Shown: positions 1 through 11,023, counted from the first letter of the stretch. The stretch is 32,000 nucleotides of DNA from Methanocaldococcus jannaschii DSM 2661 (GCF_000091665.1 NC_000909.1:1464118-1496117), one strand, 5' to 3'. Numbers and translations: made by a program. The notes: generated from the letters alone by a model not told the origin.

Positions 1-176
1 GGTTTTACTTCTTTATTAACCCATCTATAAGTCATAAATGCAATAGCAAATAATAAAAATAGATAAATTCCCATAGCTATATAAAATACTTCTGCATTTC
101 CCAATTGCATAACTACCAGCCTCTAAACTCTTAAAGATGGTTAATATTTTTATTTAATACTTTTTATTTTTATTAG

Positions 177-1478
<1,302 letters not shown>

Positions 1479-1552
1479 TAATATAAAAATAGAAAAATAT
1501 ATAAAATCAAAAAATAAAAATTTTAATGTAATTATAATTAAAAATAAACTCG

Positions 1553-1936
1553 GTGAAATATATGGTAAGTTTTGACCAGGAAAGAATGTTAAAACCAGCG
1601 GTAATTGGAGGAATTATAAACGGTATATTGGGGGCTATTTGTTGTTTGTGTTATGTTATTGGTGGTGCTGTTGCCGCTCATCTCTATGTTAATGCTGGAG
1701 GTATTTGCGATTATGAAAACTGTGGATTAGTTGGAGCAATATCCGGAGTTATAGGGGGAGTTATCGCTTCAATTCTAAGCTTTTTATTTATGTCTGCATA
1801 CCTATCAGCGCTTGGATTAAAAGCGGCGATGTTTACTGGGGCCTCATTCATTATTGGATTTATTACAGCAATCATCTTTGGAGCAATACTCGGGGCTGTT
1901 GGTGGAGTTATATATGTTGTTATAAAGAATAGATAA
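1553..1936 (+). CDS. Small Gly/Ala/Ile-rich integral membrane protein, function unknown
   Basis: Hydrophobic ORF with about 3-4 predicted TM segments and a CCLC motif. The more likely start is ATG at 1562, preceded by GGTGA. Tightly packed with the next gene. Confidence 0.55.
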   Translation: MKYMVSFDQERMLKPAVIGGIINGILGAICCLCYVIGGAVAAHLYVNAGGICDYENCGLVGAISGVIGGVIASILSFLFMSAYLSALGLKAAMFTGASFIIGFITAIIFGAILGAVGGVIYVVIKNR

Positions 1937-1944
1937 GTGGGGTT

Positions 1945-2415
1945 ATGAAAAAATATTATTTAATAGTCCTTATTTCTTTTCTTATTTTTTATTTGAGTAT
2001 TTTTTTAGCACCTTATTTTGCATATTTGGGAGAAACATCAAATTTTTGGAAGTTTATTTCAATATGTTTATACGCTGTTTATTCCCTTATATGCCATCAA
2101 ATGCCACAAAGAAGCTTTTTTATCTTTGGACATAAAATGGCCGTGTGTGCAAGATGTTTTGGGATTTATACAGGGGTTTTAGTAGGGATGATTATTTATC
2201 CATTTATTAAGAAATTAGATGATTTTAAAATCCCTAATAAATGGTATTTAATAATTGCATTAATTCCTATGGCAGTTGATGGAACCACTCAACTAATTGG
2301 ATTGAGAGAAAGTTTTAATGAGTTGAGGTTTATAACTGGCTTTATTGCTGGATTTACTGTAGTTTTTTATATTCTGCCGATATTTTTTGAAATGATTTAT
2401 AAAAAATTTAAATAA
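1945..2415 (+). CDS. DUF2085-like membrane protein
   Basis: Multi-TM ORF with CHQMPQRSF ... CARCFGIY cysteine motifs, which I recognise as the DUF2085 signature. GTGGGG SD-like site before the ATG. Confidence 0.6.
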   Translation: MKKYYLIVLISFLIFYLSIFLAPYFAYLGETSNFWKFISICLYAVYSLICHQMPQRSFFIFGHKMAVCARCFGIYTGVLVGMIIYPFIKKLDDFKIPNKWYLIIALIPMAVDGTTQLIGLRESFNELRFITGFIAGFTVVFYILPIFFEMIYKKFK

Positions 2416-2420
2416 TTTTT

Positions 2421-3116
2421 GTGATAACCATGAACTACGACCCAAAAATAATAGAAAGAGGAAAGCTATATTATAGAAACAATTTAGTCAAATACTGCAT
2501 AAAATACAAAAATTTTTTATTTGGGGAGGTTGTTGGCTCAGATACTTATAAAGTTAAAGTTGATTTAGATAATAACTATTTTGGATTATGCACCTGCCAA
2601 TACAAATACAACTGCAAACATGCCTATGCTTTAATTGAAGCTTATGAAAACAACAACTATGTGGATGCAGAAGAAATATTTAAAGAAATAGAAGATAAAC
2701 CTAAAGAAGAGATTTTAAAAATTTTAAAAAATTTGGTTGTTAAATATTATCTATGGGATGAGTTTTTAAATACAGACAGTTTATTAAATAAAGCCATTGG
2801 CTTAATAAAACTAATTCCATTAGAGAGAAAAAATATTTATACATTTAAATCATTTTTAAGAAATCAGTTTGTTAAAAATGCTGATGATGAGGAGTTGATA
2901 AAGGTTATTGATGAGATGATAAGGGCAGATTTGGATTTTAATAATTCTGATATTATTGAGGCATTAACCATAATATTAGACGAAATATTTAGAAGAGAAA
3001 ATAAAGAAGCAATAAAAAAGCTTATAAATTTATATAGAAAGCATAAAAAAGAATTATGGATTGTTGGAGATTATTTAATAGAGTATTATGATAATTACTT
3101 TGATTATGAGGATTAG
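2421..3116 (+). CDS. SWIM zinc-finger domain protein
   Basis: CxC-x(n)-CxH SWIM signature (GLCTCQYKYNCKHAYAL) followed by a helical C-terminal region. The ATG at 2430 is a plausible true start (track start is GTG). Confidence 0.65.
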   Translation: MITMNYDPKIIERGKLYYRNNLVKYCIKYKNFLFGEVVGSDTYKVKVDLDNNYFGLCTCQYKYNCKHAYALIEAYENNNYVDAEEIFKEIEDKPKEEILKILKNLVVKYYLWDEFLNTDSLLNKAIGLIKLIPLERKNIYTFKSFLRNQFVKNADDEELIKVIDEMIRADLDFNNSDIIEALTIILDEIFRRENKEAIKKLINLYRKHKKELWIVGDYLIEYYDNYFDYED

Positions 3117-4228
3117 AGATAGAGGTGTTGTGGAGCTTCTCTTCTATTGCCTAATATTTTCTTCAACGCCCATTCTAAATCTTCCTTGCTAACGTAATCC
3201 CTGTCTTCCAATATTGCTCTATGTAACGCTGGCTTTAGGAATTTCTCTTTGATATCTCTACCGCTAAATCCTTTTGTTTTCTCTACAAACTCCTTCAAGT
3301 TAGCTTTAACTGGAAGTGGCATTTTTTTAGCATAAAGCTCCATAATCTTCAATCTCTCCTCATCATTTGGTAACTTAAACTCAATCTCTTCCTCAAACCT
3401 ACTTCTAATTGCTGGGTCTAACATCGCTGGGTTGTTTGTCGCTGCTATAGTTACAACTCCCTCATTTTCTTTAATTCCATCTAATTCAGTTAATAGTGCA
3501 TTAACTACTTCAGAAACATCTCCTCTCAATGATTGATATTCCCTACTTAATCCTATAGCGTCCAATTCATCAATAAACACTATACATGGAGCACTCTCAG
3601 ATGCTCTTTGATACAACTCCCTAATCATTTTAGAAGCATCTCCAACATGCTCTCCAATAAGCTCTGGAGCTTTCACCAATATAAATGAGGAGTTTGTCTC
3701 TGTAGCTAAAGCTCTTGCCATCAATGTCTTTCCAGTTCCTGGAGGACCATAGAACAACACATTCTTTGGAGCCCATTCTCCAAAGAGCTTTGGATTCTCT
3801 AAATACTTCATAATAATTCTACACTTCTTCTTTGCCTCTTCCTGCCCAATAATCTCGCTGAACTTAGCTTTTTTAAACTGTGTTCTAAGAACTTTTTTAG
3901 GAGTTTGTAATTTAAAGACAGTCTCGCTTGTAATCATTCCTCCCTCTTTTGGATAAGTTGAAATAACCTTGAAAGCATAATCTGGAAGGATTGAGTTATC
4001 AAATAAGTAATCTCCCTCTTTAACAATCTCGCCAATCCACTGGTCTCTCGCATAGATGTTGAATAATATAGGATCATCAGTAGAAACTTTAACGTTCTCG
4101 CTACTAACCCTGATTGGGAATCCCGCAGGCTCTAATACAACGTACTTTAATGATGGTAATGTATCATCGTAAGTTTTAATCTTTGAAAAAGATTTTATTT
4201 TTATTGGATTAAATCCAATTTTACTCAT
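3113..4228 (-). CDS. AAA+ ATPase (single AAA module, proteasome-ATPase/FtsH-like) with N-terminal beta-rich domain
   Basis: Walker A GPPGTGKT, Walker B CIVFIDELD, second region of homology ATNNPAMLDPAIRSRF. The track start is TTG at 4234. The ATG at 4228 has a GGTGAT SD 5 nt upstream. Confidence 0.9.
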   Translation of the reverse strand: MSKIGFNPIKIKSFSKIKTYDDTLPSLKYVVLEPAGFPIRVSSENVKVSTDDPILFNIYARDQWIGEIVKEGDYLFDNSILPDYAFKVISTYPKEGGMITSETVFKLQTPKKVLRTQFKKAKFSEIIGQEEAKKKCRIIMKYLENPKLFGEWAPKNVLFYGPPGTGKTLMARALATETNSSFILVKAPELIGEHVGDASKMIRELYQRASESAPCIVFIDELDAIGLSREYQSLRGDVSEVVNALLTELDGIKENEGVVTIAATNNPAMLDPAIRSRFEEEIEFKLPNDEERLKIMELYAKKMPLPVKANLKEFVEKTKGFSGRDIKEKFLKPALHRAILEDRDYVSKEDLEWALKKILGNRREAPQHLYL

Positions 4229-4255
4229 AGTCAATCACCAGTTTAAGTGATGATA

Positions 4256-4350
4256 AATAGGACTTTCGCAGTTTATGTATAAATTTGGAGCTTAGACACT
4301 CAAAGAGTGTCAATATTCAATAAAAATATTTTTCCTGCGAAAGTCCTATT
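4256..4350. repeat. 95-bp inverted-repeat element, copy 1 (MITE-like or structured RNA)
   Basis: Perfect 16-bp terminal inverted repeats AATAGGACTTTCGCAG (4256-4271) and CTGCGAAAGTCCTATT (4335-4350). Central 6-bp hairpin GACACT-caaag-AGTGTC (4295-4311). A second copy lies at 10929-11023. Confidence 0.85.
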
Positions 4351-4362
4351 AATAAGGCAACT

Positions 4363-4374
4363 ATATTTATATTC
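4363..4374 (+). promoter_or_regulatory. Putative TATA box for the protease operon
   Basis: TATATTTATATT lies about 35-50 nt upstream of the candidate ATGs at 4410 and 4422. Archaeal TATA boxes sit about 25 nt upstream of the transcription start. Confidence 0.35.
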
Positions 4375-4421
4375 ATGAAGTGATATTAATAATTTACCTT
4401 ACAAAAATAATGGGGGATGAA

Positions 4422-5258
4422 ATGACATCGATGGATATGTTTTTCTTCTTATTCATATTTCTATTATTTATTTATCCAGAGATGATGATGAGATATAGGA
4501 TAATGAAAAGGTTGAGATGTATAAGGGAGATTGAAAGACAGAGGGGAACAAGAGTTATAGCTATGATACATAGACAAGAAGCATTAACATTCTTAGGGAT
4601 ACCAATATATAAATTTATCACTATTGAAGATAGTGAAGAGATTTTGAGGGCTATTAGATTAACACCAGAAGATATGCCTATTGATTTAATCATTCATACT
4701 CCTGGAGGTTTAGCTTTAGCGAGTGAGCAGATAGCCTTAGCTTTAAAGGAACATAAGGCAAAAACAACAGTTATAATTCCACATTATGCGATGAGTGGAG
4801 GAAGTTTAATTGCCTTAGCTGCAGATGAAATAATTATGGATAAAAACGCTGTAATGGGGCCAGTAGATCCACAGATTGGGCAGTATCCTGCTGCATCTAT
4901 CTTAGAGGCATACTATAGGAAGGGAGAAAAAGTAAGTGATGAGACATTAATATTGGTTGATATATCTAAAAAAGCTATTAAACAGATGGAAGAATTTGTT
5001 TATGAGTTGTTGAAAGATAAATATGGAGATGAAAAAGCTAAAGAAATCGCAAAAAAACTAACTTCAGGAACATGGACACATGATTACCCTTTAACAGTTA
5101 GTAAATTAAAAGAATTAGGTATTGAAGTTAATACAAATGTTCCAAGAAAGGTTTATGAGTTATTAGAGCTTTATCCACAACCAATGGGAGCCAAACCTTC
5201 AGTTTATTACATCCCTGTCCCATACAGCAAAAAAGAAAGTGAAAAAAATGCAAAATAA
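4422..5258 (+). CDS. Membrane-anchored ClpP-fold serine protease (SDH/S49-like family)
   Basis: N-terminal TM segment ([13 protein letters not shown]), then the ClpP/crotonase-fold block [15 protein letters not shown] ... [19 protein letters not shown]. The track start is GTG at 4380. The ATG at 4422 follows a GGGGGA SD, and ATG 4410 is an alternative. Confidence 0.7.
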
Positions 5259-5592
5259 GAAAATTAAAAAAGTTAAAGTTGGAAATTTAGAATTTGAAGT
5301 TGTATTGGCAGATAATTTTATTAAAAGAGCTTTTGGTTTAATGCTTAGAGATATTGGAGATAAAGCTATGCTTTTCCTATACAAAAGAAGAAAGATAGCT
5401 ATGCATACATTCTTTATGCTTTATCCTATTGATATAATTTTTATTGATAAAAATAGGGTTGTCGAAGCTGTAAGATTAAAGCCATGGAAAACCTACAAAT
5501 GTAAAAATTACTCAACAGCAATGCTTGAATTTAAGTGTAGTGATATTGATTTAAATGAAATTATTGGAGAAAAAGTAGAATTTATGAGATGA
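5248..5592 (+). CDS. DUF192 (COG1430) family protein
   Basis: Small ORF with AFGLM ... [16 protein letters not shown] pattern reminiscent of DUF192. Overlaps the upstream gene by 11 nt, and its stop overlaps the downstream start in an ATGA arrangement, suggesting translational coupling. Confidence 0.55.
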
Positions 5593-6629
5593 TAATTATG
5601 GATTATTTAAAAATCTTAGAGGATTTGGTGAAAATTAGGACGGATAATAGAATTGGTGTTAAAAAGGCATTTAAATATTTATCTAATCTTTTCAATAACT
5701 TAGGAATAAAAAATACTATCATTGAAGGATGCTTTGTAGCATATAAAGAAAAAGAAAACTTTGATTTGATATTAAATTCACATATAGACACTGTAAAGAT
5801 TCAATCAAATTTTAAAAAAGATGATAACAATTTTTATGGGACTGGAGTTATAGATGCTAAAGGGAATGTGGTTTTAATGATTCATGCTTTTTTAAATAGC
5901 AATAACTCTCTATTAGTTATATCTCCTGATGAAGAAACAGAATCAAATGGTATTTACAATTTTTGCCAATATTTAAGAAATAAAAATAAAATTCAAAGAG
6001 GTATTAAATGCATAGTTGGAGAGCCTACTGACTTAAATGTTTGTATTGGACATAAAGGAAGATTTGAGTATATTGTTGAAAGTTTTGGGGAGGCGAGGCA
6101 TGCCTCATCTCAAGGCCTAAATCCAATAGAAATCTTAAGCAGAGTTATTTTAGATTTAAAAAATCTTCCTTTGGAAAAGATTAAGGTTGATAAAATCTAC
6201 AGTTCTTCAATAACTCCAACCATAATAAAAGGAGGAATTCAAAGCAATATCATTCCAGATTATGCTTATGTCTTATTTGATGTTAGAAGTGTTGAAAAAG
6301 ATATAATAAAAAAGATAGACGACTTTTTATCTCAAAAAAATTATTCAAAGCATATAAAAAGCTCATTAAATCCTGAAAGACATTATGCTAATTTCTACAT
6401 GCTTGAAAATAAAGAGTTAATAAATAAGTTGTCTAAGCACTTTAAAATATCATTTTTTAATGCTACTTGCGAAGCATATTACTTCAACAAATTTTTAAAG
6501 GCAGATACTATTATTTATGGTGTTGGCAAATTAGAGCTTGCCCATTCTAAAGAAGAATATTTAAACTTAAATGATTTTGATAGGGGAATTAAAGAAGTAG
6601 AGAAGCTTGCAGAATTGATGATAGAATAA
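5589..6629 (+). CDS. M20-family metallopeptidase/deacylase (ArgE/DapE/CPG2-like)
   Basis: Zinc-ligand blocks [22 protein letters not shown] and a C-terminal AHSKEE block in the order typical of M20 enzymes. The substrate cannot be assigned from sequence. Confidence 0.7.
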
Positions 6630-6648
6630 ATAATGATGGGGATTAAAA

Positions 6649-7527
6649 ATGGAGATAAATAAAATCTACTGTATGGATTGTTTAGAGGGAATGAAACAGT
6701 TAAAAGATAAGACAGTTGATGTTGTTGTTACGTCTCCACCCTATAATATTGGCATAAAATACAACAAATACTCTGATAATTTAAGTAGAGAAGATTATTT
6801 AAATTGGATTGAAGAAGTTGTCAAAGAAATAAAGAGAGTATTAAAAGATGACGGCTCATTTTTTATAAATGTTGGCTATACTGCAAAAGACCCGTGGATT
6901 GCCTTTGATGTTGCTAATGTTATAAGAAAACATTTTAAATTACAAAATACTATACATTGGGTAAAATCAATTGCAATACAAAAAGAAGATGTTGGAAATT
7001 ACCCAAATATTATTGGAGATATTGCTGTTGGACATTACAAGCCAATAAACAGTGATAGATTTTTAAGTATAATGCATGAATATATTTTCCACTTCACAAA
7101 AAATGGGAACGTTAAGTTAGACAAATTAGCAATTGGTGTTCCTTATCAGGATAAAAGCAATATAAAGAGATTTAACAGAAAAGGAGATTTAAGAGATAGG
7201 GGAAATACGTGGTTTATCCCTTATGAAACAATCCAATCAAAAGAAAAAGAAAGACCTCATCCTGCAACATTTCCTCCAAAACTTCCGGAGATGTGTATTA
7301 AATTGCATGGTGTTAAAAAGACAAATCTTGTTTTAGACCCATTTATGGGAATTGGAAGCACAGCAATAGCATGTATTAGGTTAGGGATTGATTATATTGG
7401 CTTTGAGATTGATGAATACTATTGCAGAGTTGCAGAGGAGAGGATAAAAAAAGAACTTTTAAAAACAGATGGAAAATTTGATAATGTAAAAAACAAAAAC
7501 ATAATTACTCTTGATGCATTTATTTAA
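6649..7527 (+). CDS. Beta-class exocyclic amino DNA methyltransferase (probably N4-cytosine), R-M modification subunit
   Basis: Catalytic motif IV SPPY (VVTSPPYN, residues 29-32) near the N-terminus. AdoMet motif [10 protein letters not shown] near the C-terminus. This order marks the beta class, and SPPY is typical of m4C enzymes. From memory this matches M.MjaV (GTAC) if the organism is M. jannaschii. Confidence 0.85.
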
Positions 7528-8006
7528 ATAGTGTTCTTAAGATTGTGAACAGTCGTTTTTAGAGAATTTGCTAAATTTTTTATATTTTGAACTCCTGTCG
7601 CAGAACCTTCTAAATTTTCTAATTCACTTTCTATCCTCTTAAACACTTGTTTTGCCACTTTTTTTATTTCATCATTATTACATGGGATAAATACGCCTCC
7701 TTTACGTCCTGGATAAACCAATGTTGCTATGATGCCATACTGTTTTAGTGGTATCAACACTTCATGTTGGAAAGCTTCCCTATTTTTGGGATAATTTATT
7801 CCCTTTATAATATCGCTAATTTTTGCCCTACAATCTATCCCACAATGTCCATTATTTAATAAGTACTTTACTGCTTCAACTTGATAATATTCCTTAGTAC
7901 CTGTTTGAACATTTTGATTTTGAGCAATAAAATTATTTGCTCTTTGTATCCATGGGCTGTTATTACATTTTGGGCAATTTTGGTTTTTATTCCCAGACTT
8001 TGACAT
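7524..8006 (-). CDS. Uncharacterised protein between the M and R genes: N-terminal CxxC, probable winged-helix core, C-terminal coiled coil
   Basis: 160-aa ORF with its own GGGGGAAAT SD and an upstream TTTATATAT box. Contains CPKCNN and HCGIDC cysteine pairs. The segment [45 protein letters not shown] looks wHTH-like. Confidence 0.55.
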
Positions 8007-8105
8007 ATTTCCCCCTACTTACTTTATTTAACATTAATATATAAATAAATACATAAATTAATTTTTATGAGTAATAAAAATTGAAGAGAAGATAAGCGAA
8101 TTTAT

Positions 8106-8798
8106 TTATTTTAAATCCTTTTCATAAATAATCAAATCCTTTTTATATAATTCTCTATTAGATGCGTTAAACTCTCTCTTAATTCCTCCTTTTAGTTTAG
8201 ATAAGTCAATTATTTTAAAACCAGTAGCATAATAATCCCTACCTAACTTCTCAATCTTAAATGATAAGCATAAATGAGGAGCATCATATCTTATTTTTAC
8301 CCCTTCTTCATCTTTTGAAGGAGAAGCATAAAAAGTTCTATGGGATGAGTTTATATTTTTCTCATTGAATGTTTTAATTTCGATATAAACAACCCTTCCA
8401 TCCCTTTCTTTCTTTCCTTTATACCAAAATTCAATGTCCGGATAACCCGTTGATTTTTGCTTACCTTTTTTAGTTTTTGGAGTAATTGCATAGCCGTATT
8501 TGTTTAAAACATCTTTAACATAATGCTCAATATGATTGCCAACTTCATTAACTCTTTTTGGTGTTTTTCCTTCCTTAGTTTTTACACCACCAGTTTTTTT
8601 AATCTCTTCAATAACTTCATTACATGCCTTAGCTAAATCGTTAATTAGTTCTTTATCTTCTTTTTTAGATAAATCAATAGGGATAATTTTATAACCACTA
8701 ACTACTCTAATAAAAGTAGAAAATGAAATTTTTTCAATTGGTTGTAGTATTTGCCTTAATATGCTTTCTATTTCTTCATAGTAGCTCTTATCATCCAT
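8106..8798 (-). CDS. Type II restriction endonuclease, PD-(D/E)xK fold
   Basis: Canonical PD...ExK catalytic signature GYPD(121)IEF ... VYIE(140)IK(142)T. Located next to the methyltransferase. From memory this corresponds to R.MjaV. Confidence 0.7.
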   Translation of the reverse strand: MDDKSYYEEIESILRQILQPIEKISFSTFIRVVSGYKIIPIDLSKKEDKELINDLAKACNEVIEEIKKTGGVKTKEGKTPKRVNEVGNHIEHYVKDVLNKYGYAITPKTKKGKQKSTGYPDIEFWYKGKKERDGRVVYIEIKTFNEKNINSSHRTFYASPSKDEEGVKIRYDAPHLCLSFKIEKLGRDYYATGFKIIDLSKLKGGIKREFNASNRELYKKDLIIYEKDLK

Positions 8799-8821
8799 AA
8801 AATCACCGTAAAAATTTAAAA

Positions 8822-9493
8822 TTAAATCTCCAAATTAGTAATCCTTATACCAGTTCCTTTTGATTTATATTTTATATTTAACCCAATCAATAATGGTGTT
8901 ATAGCCTCTATAATTCTTGATTTTTCTAAATTACCACAATCAATTGCCCTAACTCCATCTATTTGATTAGCTAAATCAATAACTACCTTTTTTGCTTCTT
9001 CATCATTTCCACAAACTAAGATATCGCAATCAACTGGATTATCTAAATCTTCTAAAACAGCGTGACAAACGTTTTGGAAAGCACTAACTACCTTACTCTC
9101 TTTTAATACATTTTGAACCATTTCAGCAACTGACCCATCTGGGGGAAACAACAACCTTGTTGGCTTATCTCCTATTGCAGTTGCCAAAGGAACGCCAATA
9201 GAAACTACTATCTTCCCCTTTAATTCTTCTTTCAATTGTTTTATTGTTGATAGAGTGTATTCATAAGGTAAAGATAGGATAACAACATCCCCTTCTTTTG
9301 CTGCATCTTTATTCTCTAAACCAATAATATCTGCCTCAATTCCTCTCTGTTTCAATATCTCTTTAGCCTTTTTAGCTGCTTCTTCAGCTTTTTCTTTCTT
9401 TCTTGAACCTATGATTATCTTATTGTTTTTAGCCAATCTTAAAGCTAAACCAAATCCTTGGTCCCCAGTACCTCCTAATATTGCTATTTTCAT
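8822..9493 (-). CDS. fno: F420-dependent NADP(H) oxidoreductase
   Basis: N-terminal dinucleotide-binding loop ILGGTGDQG. About 220 aa, with overall NpdG/Fno-like sequence. Confidence 0.8.
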   Translation of the reverse strand: MKIAILGGTGDQGFGLALRLAKNNKIIIGSRKKEKAEEAAKKAKEILKQRGIEADIIGLENKDAAKEGDVVILSLPYEYTLSTIKQLKEELKGKIVVSIGVPLATAIGDKPTRLLFPPDGSVAEMVQNVLKESKVVSAFQNVCHAVLEDLDNPVDCDILVCGNDEEAKKVVIDLANQIDGVRAIDCGNLEKSRIIEAITPLLIGLNIKYKSKGTGIRITNLEI

Positions 9494-9497
9494 TTTT

Positions 9498-10451
9498 TCA
9501 CCCCAATAAATCTTTTTTTATATCATAAGATTTTAAATCTTCGCTGATAATAATTTTAAAGCTCTCATTATACTGTTTAACGTTCATTTTATATAAGTTG
9601 AAATACTCCTCCTTGTCATATCTTGCTGAGATATGGGTTAAAATTAATGCCTTTACATTTGCTAATTTGGCTATATTAACGGCATCTCCTATTGTAGAAT
9701 GCATATTCTCTTTAGCAGCATCTTTGGCTGAATCATCAAATGTTGCTTCATGGATTAATACATCACATCCCAACTCTTTTAAATATTTCCCAAAATCTTC
9801 TAATGGAAGAGTGTCTCCACTGTAAGCTAAACAAAATCCTTTTTTTGGTGGTAACAAAACATACTCTGGTTTTATTATCTCTCCATAGATATTTTTAACT
9901 GCCTCTCCATTTTTTAGTTTTTTTAAATCTGGGCCAATTTTAACTCCAAGTTTTTTAGCTTTCTCAATATCTAAACGTGGTTTTTTTATTTCTTTAAATA
10001 TATAAGCGTAAGATGGAATGCCATGTTCAGTTGGATAGGCAATTATCTCATAATTTTCTTCTTTATAGATGGTTATTGGCTCTTTTGTATAAATTTCATA
10101 AACTTTTATTGGAAATTCTATATAATGGGTTCCAAGTTTTAATGAGTTCTCTATAATTTCCTTTGTTCCTTCAGGGCCGAAGATTTTAAGCTCTTTCTCT
10201 CTTCCAAAAAATCCCATACTCTGTAAAAGTCCTGGAATGCCCAATATATGGTCTCCATGTAAATGAGTTATAAATATGTGATTAATTTTCATTGGAGATA
10301 CTTCAGTAAAAAGCATCTGCCTCTGGATATTTTCACCACAATCAAATAAAAAAACCTCTCCTCCAAATTTGAATGCTATTCCAATATGATTTCTATTTTT
10401 TGATGGAACTGCCGCTCCAGTTCCTAAGAATATTAGCTTCATAATAATCAT
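9498..10451 (-). CDS. rnz: Ribonuclease Z (tRNA 3-prime endonuclease, metallo-beta-lactamase fold)
   Basis: N-terminal FLGTGAAVPS, motif II HLHGDH, and a C-terminal THISARY block. The track ORF starts at 10472 and overlaps the upstream gene. An internal Met at 10451 (MIIMKL) or 10442 (MKLIFLGTG) removes the overlap. Confidence 0.9.
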   Translation of the reverse strand: MIIMKLIFLGTGAAVPSKNRNHIGIAFKFGGEVFLFDCGENIQRQMLFTEVSPMKINHIFITHLHGDHILGIPGLLQSMGFFGREKELKIFGPEGTKEIIENSLKLGTHYIEFPIKVYEIYTKEPITIYKEENYEIIAYPTEHGIPSYAYIFKEIKKPRLDIEKAKKLGVKIGPDLKKLKNGEAVKNIYGEIIKPEYVLLPPKKGFCLAYSGDTLPLEDFGKYLKELGCDVLIHEATFDDSAKDAAKENMHSTIGDAVNIAKLANVKALILTHISARYDKEEYFNLYKMNVKQYNESFKIIISEDLKSYDIKKDLLG

Positions 10452-10461
10452 CTTTTTGGAG

Positions 10462-10860
10462 TTATTCCTCAATATTCTCTAAATATTCTTTAACAACATC
10501 CTCGAATTCTAATTCTTCTACCCATTTTTTCATATTGTTGCACCACTCTTCCATAGTCTTTTTTATAATCTTTTTCGTTTCTTCAAATGGAATTGCCTCA
10601 TAAACATAATAATACCCTCCATCTTTTATATTTACCTGCTTTCTCTTTACTAAACCAGCATTCATTAAATTTTGAACTGCTCTCTGAACTGTACTTCTAT
10701 CCCTATTAATTCTCTCAGCAATGTCGTTTATTTTTGAAGGGCCGTTTTTTAAAATATCAAAATAAACTTTGACATCAGAAACTTTTATACCAAAAACACA
10801 TGCCATTAAACTATCAAACGTCCAGGTTGTGCATGGAGTTTTTAATAAAAGTTTACTCAT
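10462..10860 (-). CDS. Winged helix-turn-helix transcriptional regulator (TrmB/MarR-like)
   Basis: HTH segment INDIAERINRDRSTVQRAVQNLMNAGLVKRK followed by a beta-wing (GGYYYVYEA). AGGTGAT SD and a TTTAAATATA box upstream. Confidence 0.7.
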   Translation of the reverse strand: MSKLLLKTPCTTWTFDSLMACVFGIKVSDVKVYFDILKNGPSKINDIAERINRDRSTVQRAVQNLMNAGLVKRKQVNIKDGGYYYVYEAIPFEETKKIIKKTMEEWCNNMKKWVEELEFEDVVKEYLENIEE

Positions 10861-10928
10861 ATTATCACCTTCATGGTTGTGGCATTGGCATTAACTAATT
10901 ATATCATTATATTTAAAGATTATCTTTT

Positions 10929-11023
10929 AATAGGACTTTCGCAGTCTATATTATTAAATTTGGAAAATAGATGCCTTTAGGTATCATTGTTCAATAAAAA
11001 TTTATTCCTGCGAAAGTCCTATT
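10929..11023. repeat. 95-bp inverted-repeat element, copy 2
   Basis: Same 16-bp TIRs (10929-10944 and 11008-11023), same length and orientation as copy 1. Shared internal blocks AAATTTGGA and TTCAATAAAAAT. The central hairpin GATGCC-ttta-GGTATC (10970-10985) has a different sequence but the same pairing. Confidence 0.85.

Noticed and set aside
3113-3116. Convergent gene pairs whose stop codons overlap by 4 nt (3113-3116 and 7524-7527)
   Set aside because: This probably reflects genome compaction in an AT-rich genome, where TAA/TAG stops readily form TTA/CTA on the opposite strand. It is noted only as context for the R-M finding.
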